Shown: one piece after another, positions 1 to 11,046 of the stretch
Numbering within the stretch: the stretch's first letter is position 1
How the letters are laid out: every line of letters starts with the position of its first letter
Assembly (NCBI GenBank): GCA_964019335.1
Contig: OZ025737.1
Coordinates: 124,001 to 188,000 of the forward strand
Direction: 5' to 3'
Length of the DNA: 64,000 nt
From: Diplonema japonicum
Lineage: Eukaryota; Protista; Euglenozoa: Diplonemea
Program-made: the position numbers and the translations under genes
Notes under the pieces: generated by a model
Told to the model about the DNA's origin: nothing
The model's input: only the letters and a program-made list of their open reading frames with translations
Databases searched by the model: none

Positions 1-3000
1 ACTCCTAAGCTGTCGCCAGCTGCCGTTCACATCACTGAATCAAAATTGTTGAACCTGAAGCAAAACGACACGCTGCCCCTCTCCTTTGCCCTTTCTGACG
101 GTGTCCTCAACATGTCGTCCATCGATGACTCATGGCTTGTTCTCGAGCCTCCTGGCAACCTTCTTGCTGAGTACTTCAGCATCACGGGCACCGTCACCGC
201 CAACAATATCGAGCTCCTCCTATCATACAAGGGCACTCCTTGCGTCTGTAAACCCGGCTTCGACGTCACAGGCTGCACGGTCCCTGACATCCATAGGGAT
301 ACCTCCGTCACTGTGTCTGTGATGGGCAAGCGGGTGAGGCCGCACCTGACAGATCGGATCACATCTCAGATAGTAATCGAGCCTTCGGAGGGCGTGGCGG
401 AGATCGGACTCCCGTCCCGCTCCATCTCGATCTACGAGCTGCGGGAGAACGGGACCAGCATCACAGTGTTGCTGTGTGGCGAGAGTGTCATCGATGGAAC
501 CATTGAGTTGAACAAGGTTCTCTCGCTGTCCTCGTCGGTCTTCGCGACGGCCCTTGCAAACCTTACTCTCAAATGGGAGCTGCCAACCGCGGACCGCTCC
601 TACTTGAAAGTGACAGTCCCCCCGATGCCCAACATGCCTCCTGTCAACGAGACGGTCACGCTCGCCTTGTCCCCCGCCGTGGGACTCTACCTCAAGTCAG
701 GCTTGCTGCCCTCCTTCCAGCCACTGAGCTTTCTGGTCCATGACTATTGCGCTGGAACAGAGTGCCCCATGACATCCTGCCCCGAAGGGTTCACCACATC
801 CCTCGTCGACCATTCATGCGTGGAGTGCCCTAGGTGCACGCACGGCTTCTGCACCATAGGACCCAAATGCATGTGCGACCCTGGGTACCAAGGGGCTCAT
901 TGCGGGGGTTACACGACGACCGCCGTTGCAGGGGTCGTCGCGAGCGGTGCTGTCATTGCCACCGTCTCGTTAGATGTGGCCATGGGGGGCTCTATTGTAG
1001 CTCCCATCAACACCATCACCACGCTGCAGCTGTTGTATGTAATAGGCAGCATGCCTGCTTCGAACGATGTAGGGAGGGAGTCGGTGTCGGGGCTGAAGAT
1101 CATTGTGTACCCATTCACCATAGACTACGACGGCGGTGGGAAACACACAAAGGAGCTGCTGGCGACGCTTGTACTGCATGTCGGCTTGACACTCATCCCG
1201 CTGCTGCTGCTGCTTATAAGGTGGGTTTCAACTCCCGTGTCGTACAGACGAACGCGGAGTGTGGCCGGTGATGTGCTGTTCCCGAACCTCATCGTCCTCG
1301 TGATGCACCTCTGCATTGTGCCACTGGTCACCGCCTCCATCTCGGGGATATCAGAGGGTGTCAATGCTGTGACTGTGTCCAGCATGCTATGGACCGTGTG
1401 CTCTGTGCTGGGGTACTTTGCGTTCTTGGTGTGGTTCCGTTTCTCACGGATGCACGGCCCGCAGAGCAGGGTGGAGTACCTCAACTTCAACATGGGGAAC
1501 TCACTCAGCAACGCCACCTGCGCTATTTCATCACCTAAACGGCAGCGCGCCATGCCGAGATGCCTCACCGCATGGCTGCCAACAGGGTACTGGAGCTGCA
1601 GGCATCTCAAGGACAGATCCTTTTTGCATAAGTACGCGGTTCTGTTTGATGATTTGTTGCCAGAGTCTGTTGATTGGTACCCGATGGCGTCGTTTGGGAG
1701 ATTGGTGGTACTTGCGGCCTTAGCGGCACACAGGTCGTGGGGGGGCAAGGCGAGGATGGTGTTGGTGTTTGTTCTCTCGCTGTGCTACCTCGTAACGCTG
1801 CTGTTGAAAAGGCCGTTCAAGTGCATGGGCTCAAACTCCGTGAGCTCTGTCTGCCACACATGCTTCACCCTCGCCACGCTGGTGTTCCTCGTGTGGGAAG
1901 CTATGGTAGCACCCGTTCTCATTCTAATGGCGGTAGTGGTGGTTGGATCTGCAGTGTGGAGCGCCATCGTATTCCTTGCCACCAAACGGAGGTACGACCC
2001 CGAGATCGTGGAAGTTCTTGGGGAAGAAGACCTCCGTGAAGACATGGCAAAACCACCCACCGCCGCAGGTGAGGTCCTCATCGACTACAATTCTTCAGTA
2101 ACCGACACACCAGAGGAGGTGATCGAGAAAACACGAACGATAGGAGTTAGAAAATGGTGCGAGCTGCGTGGCAGCGTATTGCTGGTCTACGCAACACCGA
2201 ACCATGAGGAGTACGAGCGCATCCATGTTCTGAAGGATCTTAAAGGGGTACCTGTTGGCGATGAAGGTTTCGCCCTGTCAGAAGAAGACTGCAAAACCGC
2301 GATGGCGTTCATGCCCTTACGATATCAGAACGACTGGATATACGGTATTTTACAACTGGTGTCGGGAACCTCAAGAATGGCAGAGGCTGCTGTGGAACTC
2401 GCTCCGAAGGTGGATAAGTCGGGGGACTTCGTGTATTTCGGCGACCCGGTTAAGACGACACATGGGGAATACACCCCGTGCACGCCCTGCGGTAGCTCGC
2501 AACATTTGCTTCAGCACAGTATTGAAAAATCCGCGATCTCGGCGTCTCAGCTCCGTGTGCTGTCCGGTGAGCTCGTCGTGTTGTCGAAGCTGAAGTCCCC
2601 CTTTGTCGTACCGGTGTTGACATTGTTTGAAACGGACGAGAAAATCGCGTGGGTGGTGCCTTTTCAAAACGGAGGTTCATTGCAATATCACATTGAAGAG
2701 TCGGGTGCATTTGCAGAATGCGATGCTGCATTTTTCATTGGTGAAGCAATTCTCGGGTTAGAACACCTCCACGCAAACAATCTATTGTTTAAAAACCTGT
2801 CCTGCGAAGATGTACTATTCACGAATGACGGCCATTTAATGCTGGCTGATCCGGGTATACCTGTTGGTCCGGTTCGGCACAATAAGGTTGGGTACCAGGC
2901 TCCGGAAGTTTTGATGTATGAAAAGTCAACGAAAAGATCTGATTACTGGTCTGTTGGGTGTGTGTTGTTTTACATGCTCCATGGGATGCACCCCTTTGAG

Positions 3001-3321
3001 GGTCGCGACCGGTCTACAACAGCGAAGCTTGTTCTTCATGTAACCCCACGGGTCGGTGATAAGTTCAGTTCTGCTTGTCATGATTTTATTAAGGAAGCTC
3101 TACTGGTGAAAGAACCTTCGAAAAGGATCTCCTCTGCCGTATCTATCAAATCGCACAGATTTTTTTACGTGCACAATTTCAGATTTTCGTTGTTGGAGGA
3201 CAAGCAGCTTCCGACCCCGTTTTTAACAAACCCGCCTACTCCGCCTTCGCTTCCGAAGGACGTAGAGCCTCCTATCAACCCGTTGAATTTCGTGTTCAAC
3301 CAGAACGAGGAAGAAAATTAA
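1..3321 (+). CDS. Receptor-like protein (5' end outside window): extracellular region with Cys-rich/EGF-like domain, multi-pass TM domain (DGF-1 C-terminal-like), PH domain, AGC-family pseudokinase
   Basis: Frame is open from base 1. EGF-like C..C.HG.C....C.C.PGY.G.HC; about 8 hydrophobic segments; PH-like RKWCELRGSVLLVY...NDWIYGI; kinase-like PFVVPVLTLFETDEKIAWVVPFQNGGSL, YQAPE, DYWSVGC and an AGC tail (QLPTPF), but HRD is FKN and DFG is DPG. Confidence 0.8.
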   Translation, partial: TPKLSPAAVHITESKLLNLKQNDTLPLSFALSDGVLNMSSIDDSWLVLEPPGNLLAEYFSITGTVTANNIELLLSYKGTPCVCKPGFDVTGCTVPDIHRDTSVTVSVMGKRVRPHLTDRITSQIVIEPSEGVAEIGLPSRSISIYELRENGTSITVLLCGESVIDGTIELNKVLSLSSSVFATALANLTLKWELPTADRSYLKVTVPPMPNMPPVNETVTLALSPAVGLYLKSGLLPSFQPLSFLVHDYCAGTECPMTSCPEGFTTSLVDHSCVECPRCTHGFCTIGPKCMCDPGYQGAHCGGYTTTAVAGVVASGAVIATVSLDVAMGGSIVAPINTITTLQLLYVIGSMPASNDVGRESVSGLKIIVYPFTIDYDGGGKHTKELLATLVLHVGLTLIPLLLLLIRWVSTPVSYRRTRSVAGDVLFPNLIVLVMHLCIVPLVTASISGISEGVNAVTVSSMLWTVCSVLGYFAFLVWFRFSRMHGPQSRVEYLNFNMGNSLSNATCAISSPKRQRAMPRCLTAWLPTGYWSCRHLKDRSFLHKYAVLFDDLLPESVDWYPMASFGRLVVLAALAAHRSWGGKARMVLVFVLSLCYLVTLLLKRPFKCMGSNSVSSVCHTCFTLATLVFLVWEAMVAPVLILMAVVVVGSAVWSAIVFLATKRRYDPEIVEVLGEEDLREDMAKPPTAAGEVLIDYNSSVTDTPEEVIEKTRTIGVRKWCELRGSVLLVYATPNHEEYERIHVLKDLKGVPVGDEGFALSEEDCKTAMAFMPLRYQNDWIYGILQLVSGTSRMAEAAVELAPKVDKSGDFVYFGDPVKTTHGEYTPCTPCGSSQHLLQHSIEKSAISASQLRVLSGELVVLSKLKSPFVVPVLTLFETDEKIAWVVPFQNGGSLQYHIEESGAFAECDAAFFIGEAILGLEHLHANNLLFKNLSCEDVLFTNDGHLMLADPGIPVGPVRHNKVGYQAPEVLMYEKSTKRSDYWSVGCVLFYMLHGMHPFEGRDRSTTAKLVLHVTPRVGDKFSSACHDFIKEALLVKEPSKRISSAVSIKSHRFFYVHNFRFSLLEDKQLPTPFLTNPPTPPSLPKDVEPPINPLNFVFNQNEEEN

Positions 3322-4865
3322 GTGGGGGGGGGGGGAAGAGAAAGAAAAGAGTTGGCCTCCATGTTTTAAGTGGCGTGATTTTTTAAACTGTTGAAAAAGA
3401 AAAGAAAAAGAGAAAAAAAAAAAGAAAAAAAAAGAAGGAGTAGAATAAAAGTGAGTGGCGTGATTTTCTTTTTGTTACATTTTATCGTTTCAAAAAAAAT
3501 TTTTTTTTAAAAAAATAAAAATGATTTTATAACTATATGCAACACGTGCCGAGCAGAACAAAAAAAAAAAGATTTTTCCTTTTTTGCTCACGCGAGCAAA
3601 AAAGGCTGGATGTAGTAATCAAGATTTCCCCCCCTCCCCCTTTTTTTTGTTTGCTGTTGAACAAATGCCGGAAAAAAAAAAAAAAAAAAAAAAAAAACCA
3701 CCCTTTCGGTGGTCCGGAAGTTTTTTCCTTTGCGGAATTATTGTTTTACAGTAGTTACAAATAAAGCGTGTTTCTTTCTTTTTTTTTTTTTTGTTTGCCA
3801 AAAAAAAAAAAGAATAATAATTGAGAGGCGTGAGCTTGGGGAAAAAAATAAGAATTTTCTTCTTTTACCAAGCTCCCCCCCCCCCCCCCCCCCCCGTCTG
3901 TTTCTGTATTCGTCTCCCCCTCCTTTTTTTCCCCTCCTTTTTTCTTCCCTCTTCTTCCTGTCAAGTCATAGAGCGGTTTTCTCGTGTTGAGAGCATGTAG
4001 AGGAGTGGGGATGGGCACGACAGTACCTTCACATTGGGCTTTTGATTCACCACCTTTTTCTTTTTTTCCCTTTTTCTTGCTGAGTGATTCGTTCTTCTCT
4101 TCACTTCTCCTCTTTTCACACCCCCCCCCCCAGATTTTGTTTTTTTTCCCCTTTCTGCTCACCCAGGTTTTCCCCCCTTTTTTTTCGGTTAGTAGATTTT
4201 GTCCTTTTGTTTTTTTTTTGTCCCCCCACGGGCTGTTATATTTTAGTAGGAAGAGAGAAAAAAAAATGTGGGGGGAGTAATATTCTTTAAGGAAAAAAGA
4301 AGGAAAAAAAAAAAACAAAGAAAACGCATTTCCCTTACCATAAATAACGAGGGGGGCAGGTTGGTGAAGATGAGGGTCCCTTTGCCGGAAAGAAAAAAAA
4401 AAAAAAAAGAAAAAAAAAACTTGCGAACAGGAAAAGAACACCTTCCTTCTTACACTTTCTTTTCCTGCAGAGGAGGGGGGATCAATGGGGGAGAATTGCT
4501 TCTCTTGACTACTTAAGCTGGCAACCGCACCCTTCCCTCCTGCTTGCCCCCAATGCCCCCCCATCCCCCTTTTTTCCTGCACTTCACAAAGTATTGTCAT
4601 GGCTAAAAGAGAAGGGGGATAAAAAGAAAAAGAGTATAAGTAAGCATTGCTTCTTACAGAAGACTACCCCCCCAATTTGCACCAAAAAAAAAAAAAATAA
4701 AAGCAACGTCGAATGCAACCCCTTTTTTTTCTCTCTCTCTTCCCCCCCCTTCGTTCCTTTTTTTTTTTGTTCATTTCCAGTTATTCTTCTTTTTTTTATC
4801 CCCCCCCAAAAAAAAAAAACCAAAGCCAAAATAAGGATAAATTTAAAAGGAACCCCCCCAAACAA

Positions 4866-5645
4866 ATGCGCACCACGTTCAGTGTGCTGCTTATGGCAGC
4901 GGCTGTTGCAGGAGAAGACATGATGAGGGTGCCGGGAGGACACACTATGCACAAGTCATGCGTGCAGGAAGTGACGAATGGAGGGGTTGTGAATGCAGCG
5001 AAACTGGAGAAATGCTCCAAGGGCGTGAAGGCACCTGAGGTGCAGACATACGCCATGTCGGTAAACACCGACGGAAAAGAGATCATGCAGCAAATGAACA
5101 CCACGTGGAACGTACCGAAAATTCCAACCTCAGGAAGGGGACAGGTTGTGTATTTCTGGCCTGGGTTTAAATCTACTCAGCCGAAGATGGGCCTTCCTGT
5201 TCTTCAGCCTGTCCTTCAATACGGCCAGCACGGAGAGTTTTGGCAGCTGCAGTCGTGGTTTGTCGACGGAAACATTGGAAGAGCTGTAACAGGGCCTGCC
5301 ATTGATGTGAAATTCGGTGATGTGATTACCTCTTTTATGGTTTACAATGAAAACACCAAGATGTGGACTGTATCTGGAACCAACAGTAGGACGAAGGAAA
5401 CGTCGGTCCTCCACATCACCCGTGAGAAGACCACCAATGTTGACTTCCACTACGCCATGCTTGTTCTTGAGACCATTATGCCGAACGGCGAGTGCCTTCT
5501 TTACCCATCCTCAAACAATGTTACCTTCTCGAACCTTATTGTCAACAACAAGCCTGCTGTCTGGTCCGACCAGGTGTACACGGAGCACGATTGCCACCAG
5601 AACATCACTGTTGGCAAGGATGTCACCTTTGCGTGGGTGAACTAA
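4866..5645 (+). CDS. Secreted protein, probable glutamic peptidase (G1/eqolisin-like)
   Basis: Signal peptide MRTTFSVLLMAAAVAG; propeptide-like VPGGHTMHKSCVQEV; motifs TWNVP, YFWPG, VLQPVLQYG (candidate catalytic Q) and AMLVLET (candidate catalytic E). The ORF-track extension upstream of 4866 is homopolymer UTR. Confidence 0.55.
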   Translation: MRTTFSVLLMAAAVAGEDMMRVPGGHTMHKSCVQEVTNGGVVNAAKLEKCSKGVKAPEVQTYAMSVNTDGKEIMQQMNTTWNVPKIPTSGRGQVVYFWPGFKSTQPKMGLPVLQPVLQYGQHGEFWQLQSWFVDGNIGRAVTGPAIDVKFGDVITSFMVYNENTKMWTVSGTNSRTKETSVLHITREKTTNVDFHYAMLVLETIMPNGECLLYPSSNNVTFSNLIVNNKPAVWSDQVYTEHDCHQNITVGKDVTFAWVN

Positions 5646-5974
5646 GAAGACAATGAAAAAAAAAAAAAAAAATGGGTTTTTTTTTTTTTTTTTTTTTTTT
5701 TTGTCACCAACGTATATAGCACAGTGTGATCGTGTGTCTTTTTTTTATTGCCCACTTAAAAAAAAAGAGAGGAGGTAAGGAGGGGGGGGGGAAAATAACG
5801 ACCGTAAAATTGTTTCAAAATTTTTATATACCACCTCCCCCCCTCCCATCTTGCTTTTTTTTTTTTCTTGTTTTCCTACGTATTCCTCTTTTTTTTTTGT
5901 TCCCTTGAAGAAAAAAAAAAGCAAAAAAATTTAAAAAAAGACGCACGCACAAATATAAATACACATCCAAAACA

Positions 5975-7220
5975 ATGGGTAGGAAAAAAACAAAGCAGCA
6001 GGACGAAGCAGAGGTGGTGGAGACAACAGAAAAAAAAAAAGATCTGTTCGGAAGCGATGACGAGGACGATGCGGGTATCACACTGAACAAGGAGTACGCA
6101 CAGGACTACGAGAAGGAGAAGAGAAGGAAGGAGTTTGAGTCGCTTCGCGCGAGAAGGGAGTACGACGAGGACTCCAGCGAGGGGACCGAGGAGGACGAAG
6201 ACGGCGCCCTCCTCGACACTGAAAGAGACCTAAAAATCTTCGAGGCCCTGGACGCCCTTCGAAAGGGTGACAAAACCAAAGCAGCCGAAAAAATCACCTC
6301 CGTAAACGCCGAGGTAAAAGACCACCTGGACTCCATCCTAAAAGGAAGCAAAAATTTCAAAAACGAAAAAAAACTAACGATGAAGGACTACATGCGTCAG
6401 CAACTGTTGGAAAAAGGCGCGGAAGGCGTTGCGACGATGCAAGAAGACGAAGAAAACACTTTCGACAGAAAACCTGTAAAAACCACGAAAGAAGAAGCCG
6501 ACGAACTCAAAAAAGCCTTCATCGATGCTGCTGAAGGGGAGGAGAACGACTTCGCTATTGGAAAGACAAAAGATCAACCCAAAAACTCCAGTGAAAAACC
6601 CAGCAAAGATGCGCGTGAGGTCAACAGCAAGCACGAAGCTGAAATCAACGAAAGATTCAACCAGTTGTTCAGCAACGTGGACCCCAACGACAAGAACGAA
6701 CAGTTTTTAAAAGGTTTCTTCATGAACCACGGGTGGCAGGGCGACTCCTACGACCCCACCGAACATGAGGTGGAAGAGATCCTAGCAAAAGGCGATGCCG
6801 AGGACGACTTTGAAGAGGACCAAATAAAGTTTGAAGAAGCGTACGAGAAAAACAAATACCACCACGAGGAGGCGGAGAGCGCAGTAATACAGTCGCACCC
6901 GAGGGCGCACCTGCTGCAAGACTCGCTGCGAAACGAGAAATCCACGCGAAAAACAGCGCGAGACCGCAAAAAGGAACGCGAGCAGGAGGAGAAGACAAAA
7001 CGAGACGAGGACGTCAAAAGGTTGAAACATCTGAAACGTACCGAGATGAACGAAAAAATCGGGGAGTTGAAGAAAATGGCGGGCGCGAAGGCTGAGGTAT
7101 TTCCTAACAAAAAAGAAAAGAAAAAAACTATCACCCCCCCCCCCCCCCCCAGGAACTATTCAGTTTGGCTGACCTTGATGACGATTTCGACCCAACTGAG
7201 TGGGATAACAAGGTATTTAT

Positions 7221-7257
<37 letters not shown>

Positions 7258-8273
7258 AGATGTCGAAAATGTTCGACGACACATATTACAATGAAGAGGA
7301 CGACTTTGACCCGAACGACGAGGAAAAACCGGTTTTCTCTGATATGGAGGACATGAGCCTTGACGGTGAGGACGACTCCGACAACGAAGCGGGAAAAAAC
7401 ACAAAAGGGAAGCAGCAAAAAAAACCAACCCCGACCTTCGACCCATACGGGGACGACAGCGACGACTCCGACGCGTCCAGCCTGAGCTCTGATTCGTCTT
7501 CATCGTCTTCATCGTCCAGCGACGGTAAGAAACAGCCTGCCAAGAAGAAGACCAAGCCCGACGAAAAACCCAAGTCGAAACCCCAAGAGAAAATCCCCGA
7601 AGAAAAAAAGAGGGAGATGGAGAAACGAAAGAGACAACTGATGAAACAAAAAGAAGAGGATATCACAAAAGCAATGGACTCATACACTAGACTCGACTAC
7701 GAGGGAGTTGTGGGCGGGCAGAAAGTTCGCTTCAAGTACCGCGCGGTGCCAAAGGAGCGCTTCGGGCTCACTGATGAAGATGTCTTCAACACAGATGACA
7801 GAACCTTGAACCAAATCGCCCCGCTGAAGTTCTACGCACCTTACAAGTCCCGCAACGACAACAGCAGGGACTCCTACGTGGCCGCACAGACAAAGAAACA
7901 GCTTCAACACCTCCTTGACCGAGACCCTGATGACGTTCAAGTGTCCAAGAAATACAAAACTGGAATGGCACCTGTCTATGTTGAATACAACGAAAATGCT
8001 GCTCAAGACGATGTCAACCAGTTGAAGAAAACTGTCGTGGATGCTCTTAACACCAGCGGGTCCGGAAAAAAAAAGAAGGTGAAGGAAAGCGGCGAAAAGC
8101 GCAAGAAGGAACCTGAGGAGGGAAAGGTCGAACCGGTGTCCGAAACACAGCCCCCGAAGAAAAAATCTAAGAAGGACAAGAAGGAGAAACCCACGGAGAA
8201 ACCCCTGCCTGCACCTGTTGCGGAGGAGAAAAAGCAAAAAAAAAAGAAGAAGGTAAAGAAAACAGATGCGTGA
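5975..8273 (+). CDS. KRI1: KRI1 40S biogenesis factor; exons 5975-7096, 7153-7212, 7260-8273
   Basis: INKEYA-like start (LNKEYAQDYE), MKDYMRQ, EQFLKGFFMNHGW, DDFDPTEWDNKMSKMFDDTYY across splice junctions, and Kri1_C motif RFKYRAVPKERFGLTDEDV...LNQIAPLKFYAPY. Two GT-AG introns (56 and 47 nt) restore the frame. Confidence 0.93.
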
Positions 8274-8432
8274 TATTTTTCTTTTTTTTCTTCTCCCCTC
8301 CTCCATATTTTCTGTCCCAAGATCAGTATCATTTTTTTTTTCCCCCCATCCCATCCCATCCCAACTGTTACGGAAAGAAAAAAAAAGAAAAGAAAAGAAA
8401 AAGGTGGGAGAGGGAGGTGACACCCGGCGAGC

Positions 8433-9206
8433 ATGCCGATCCTCTCACGCCGCCCAGCGTTGGTGGCTGTGGGATGTGCCTACATGTTGATAAGCCTTAT
8501 CGTGGTGCTGTTGGTGTTTGTTGGAAGTGACGGATCGAAGAGCACAAGCAATGTAGAGGGGAACATGCAAACGTCAGCTCAGTGCACGGTGCTCCCCAAC
8601 ACAATGGGGAGAGACGAGGTGAACGGGCACTGCAGATACAGGGTCGACGTGTACTACAGCCCTGGAGGGGGGAGCCAAAGTGTCAGCGCTGTGTGCTGGA
8701 GTGGAATAAGAGAAAATGTATGGGGTGACTGTGATGCAGCAAAAACCTTCGGAGACAGGTACTCCTTCACAACACGTCAGACTGCCGTGAATTGCTGGTA
8801 TGACCCAGAGGATACTACCCTTGTCAGGTTGTGGAGTGTTCAAGAAGCCGATAAAGCTGTTCCTTCTCCTTCTTCGGATGACAACTCCGCCGTGACAGTT
8901 GTCATTGTGTTGATCAGTGTGGTCATTGTTTTTATATTGTTGGGTGTGGCGTTGAAGTGTGGGCTTTTCGGGCAGTACTTCCAGTTCACACGTACCGCCA
9001 ATAAACCTCTTCCCACAGAGCCGGGTGCTTCCTCTCCGCAGCCCCAGCAGGCTCTAGCAGCTCCTCTTCTACATGCGCCTCCCGTGGTACCTTCCGCCCC
9101 GTCACCCCCTACTCTCTACCAACCACAGCCTCTCCCACCCCCTGCGCCTATGGTCAAGATGGGCCTTGCACAGGTTCCGGCCCATATGGTTTTTTATGAT
9201 GTATAA
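8433..9206 (+). CDS. Two-TM membrane protein with Cys-containing external loop and Pro-rich tail (KCNMB/DUF3592-like architecture)
   Basis: TM segments near the N-terminus and at about aa 155-178; loop with five Cys and NCWYDPEDTTLVRL. Confidence 0.6.
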   Translation: MPILSRRPALVAVGCAYMLISLIVVLLVFVGSDGSKSTSNVEGNMQTSAQCTVLPNTMGRDEVNGHCRYRVDVYYSPGGGSQSVSAVCWSGIRENVWGDCDAAKTFGDRYSFTTRQTAVNCWYDPEDTTLVRLWSVQEADKAVPSPSSDDNSAVTVVIVLISVVIVFILLGVALKCGLFGQYFQFTRTANKPLPTEPGASSPQPQQALAAPLLHAPPVVPSAPSPPTLYQPQPLPPPAPMVKMGLAQVPAHMVFYDV

Positions 9207-9370
9207 TTAATATTTGTAGTTTCCTTTCCCCCCCTTTCTTCTTTAATGTTGATAATGATTGTGTTTTTTTTTTTTTTTTCTCCTTTTTTTTTTCTTTCAA
9301 TTTTTAAAGGAGGGGGGAGGAGGGAGAGGGTGGAAGGGAAGTAAGTTTAAATAAATAAGAAAAAAAAAAT

Positions 9371-10067
9371 ATGCCTCGCAGAGATAGGAGCTAGTATGTG
9401 TCATTTTCAACAAAAAAAAAAAAGAAAAAAACACTTCTATCCACAGCTCAAGCAGTAGCACGGACAGCAGCAGTAGAGGGAGTGAGTCAACGAGATCGAG
9501 TTCCAGCAGACGAAGCAGCCGATCGAGCAGCAGCAGTAGCAGCTACTCGGATAGCAGACGGGGACAGAAGCGGTCAAGAGGAGATTATCACAGTTCGAGC
9601 AATATAAGAGATAGAGACAGAAACAGAGACAGGAGCAGAGGCTCTGGGAGGGATAGGTATGCAAGAGACAGAGACAGAGACAGAGACAGAGACAGTGATA
9701 GGAACAATAGAAGACGCTACCAGAGCGAAAGAAATCGTGGGAACAACCGGGCAAGGGACAATGGCATTCGAGACAGAGACAGGAACAACGATAGGGATAG
9801 AGACAGAGACAGAGACAGGGATAGGGATAGGGATAGGGATAGGGATAGGGATAGGGATAGGGATAGGGATCGAAACAGAGATCTCTCTGATCGAAGAGAC
9901 AGAGATAGGGCCAGAGACAGAGACCGGGACAGGGACAAAGAACGGGAAAGAGGAAACCGAACGAGGGAACCCCCACGGCCGAGGCTCCCAGAACCCAAGC
10001 ATGATAAACACGATGCTGGTGGGAAAATTACACATGAAACACAAGGTAGCGCTTTTTCTCCTTTTTT

Positions 10068-10105
<38 letters not shown>

Positions 10106-11009
10106 GTATCCAGGGTTAACCGATCACCTTCGGGTTTTAAAACCCGACCCGAGCAATTTTAGATTTTCGATCACTGTCGGGTTAATGATGGGTTTTTTTT
10201 GTAATTTCTGATCGGTTTGATCGGTTTGTTTCTAATTTCGGATCGGTTTGATCGATCCAAAACCCATATTTCTGGCAAAAAATACCAAGGGACCATGCTC
10301 AAAAATTTTTTTTTCAGAAACCCTATTTTGACGATCTGAGCCCATTCCAGCTATTATGTACCGGGTCAGGGTTTGTTTATGCGCACGAGCGGAATTTTAC
10401 CTAATAAAAATAGCTCATTACGCTGCCATCAACTAGTTTTTCTAGCGCGGCTTCGCAACGGTACGCGACAGCCTACCTCTGCATGACGTGTCAGAGGGCG
10501 ACGCCAAGTTCGGAGAGATGCGTCGCGTGGTTGCATGCTCTCCTCCCGTTTTAATTATTGACCGCTTTTGATTTCGCTCCCAATTAGGATCCTGCCTGAA
10601 ACAGGGAAGCACCAGCTTTTCGGGAAAATAATCCTTTTCTATGTCATTTGGATGCTCCCTGGGGTCGGCTTTGTGTATCTGGGGGCCACGAGGGACGAAA
10701 CGAAGGGTTTTAAGCATGGTTGCATGCTCTCCTCCTGTTTTAATTTTTGATTTTCGATTTTTTTTTTTTTGTTTTTTCGCTTTTAATTAAAAACACGCCA
10801 AAAAAAAGCGAAAAAACAGCTTTTCGGGAAAATAATCCTTTTCTAAGTCGTTTTGATGCTCCCTGGGGTCGGCTTTGTGTATCTGGGGGGCCCGGGATAC
10901 GAATATAAGGGTTTTAAGCATGGTTGCATGCTCGCCTTTCTTTGACGTCAATTTAAAACCCGATTGTAATTAAAAACCCGCGGGTGATCGGTTAACCCTG
11001 GATACTATG

Positions 11010-11046
<37 letters not shown>

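Noticed and set aside
9437-10162. ETETET/GIGIGI, IPIPIP and SLSLSL ORFs
   Set aside because: Alternative frames of the RD hexamer repeat.
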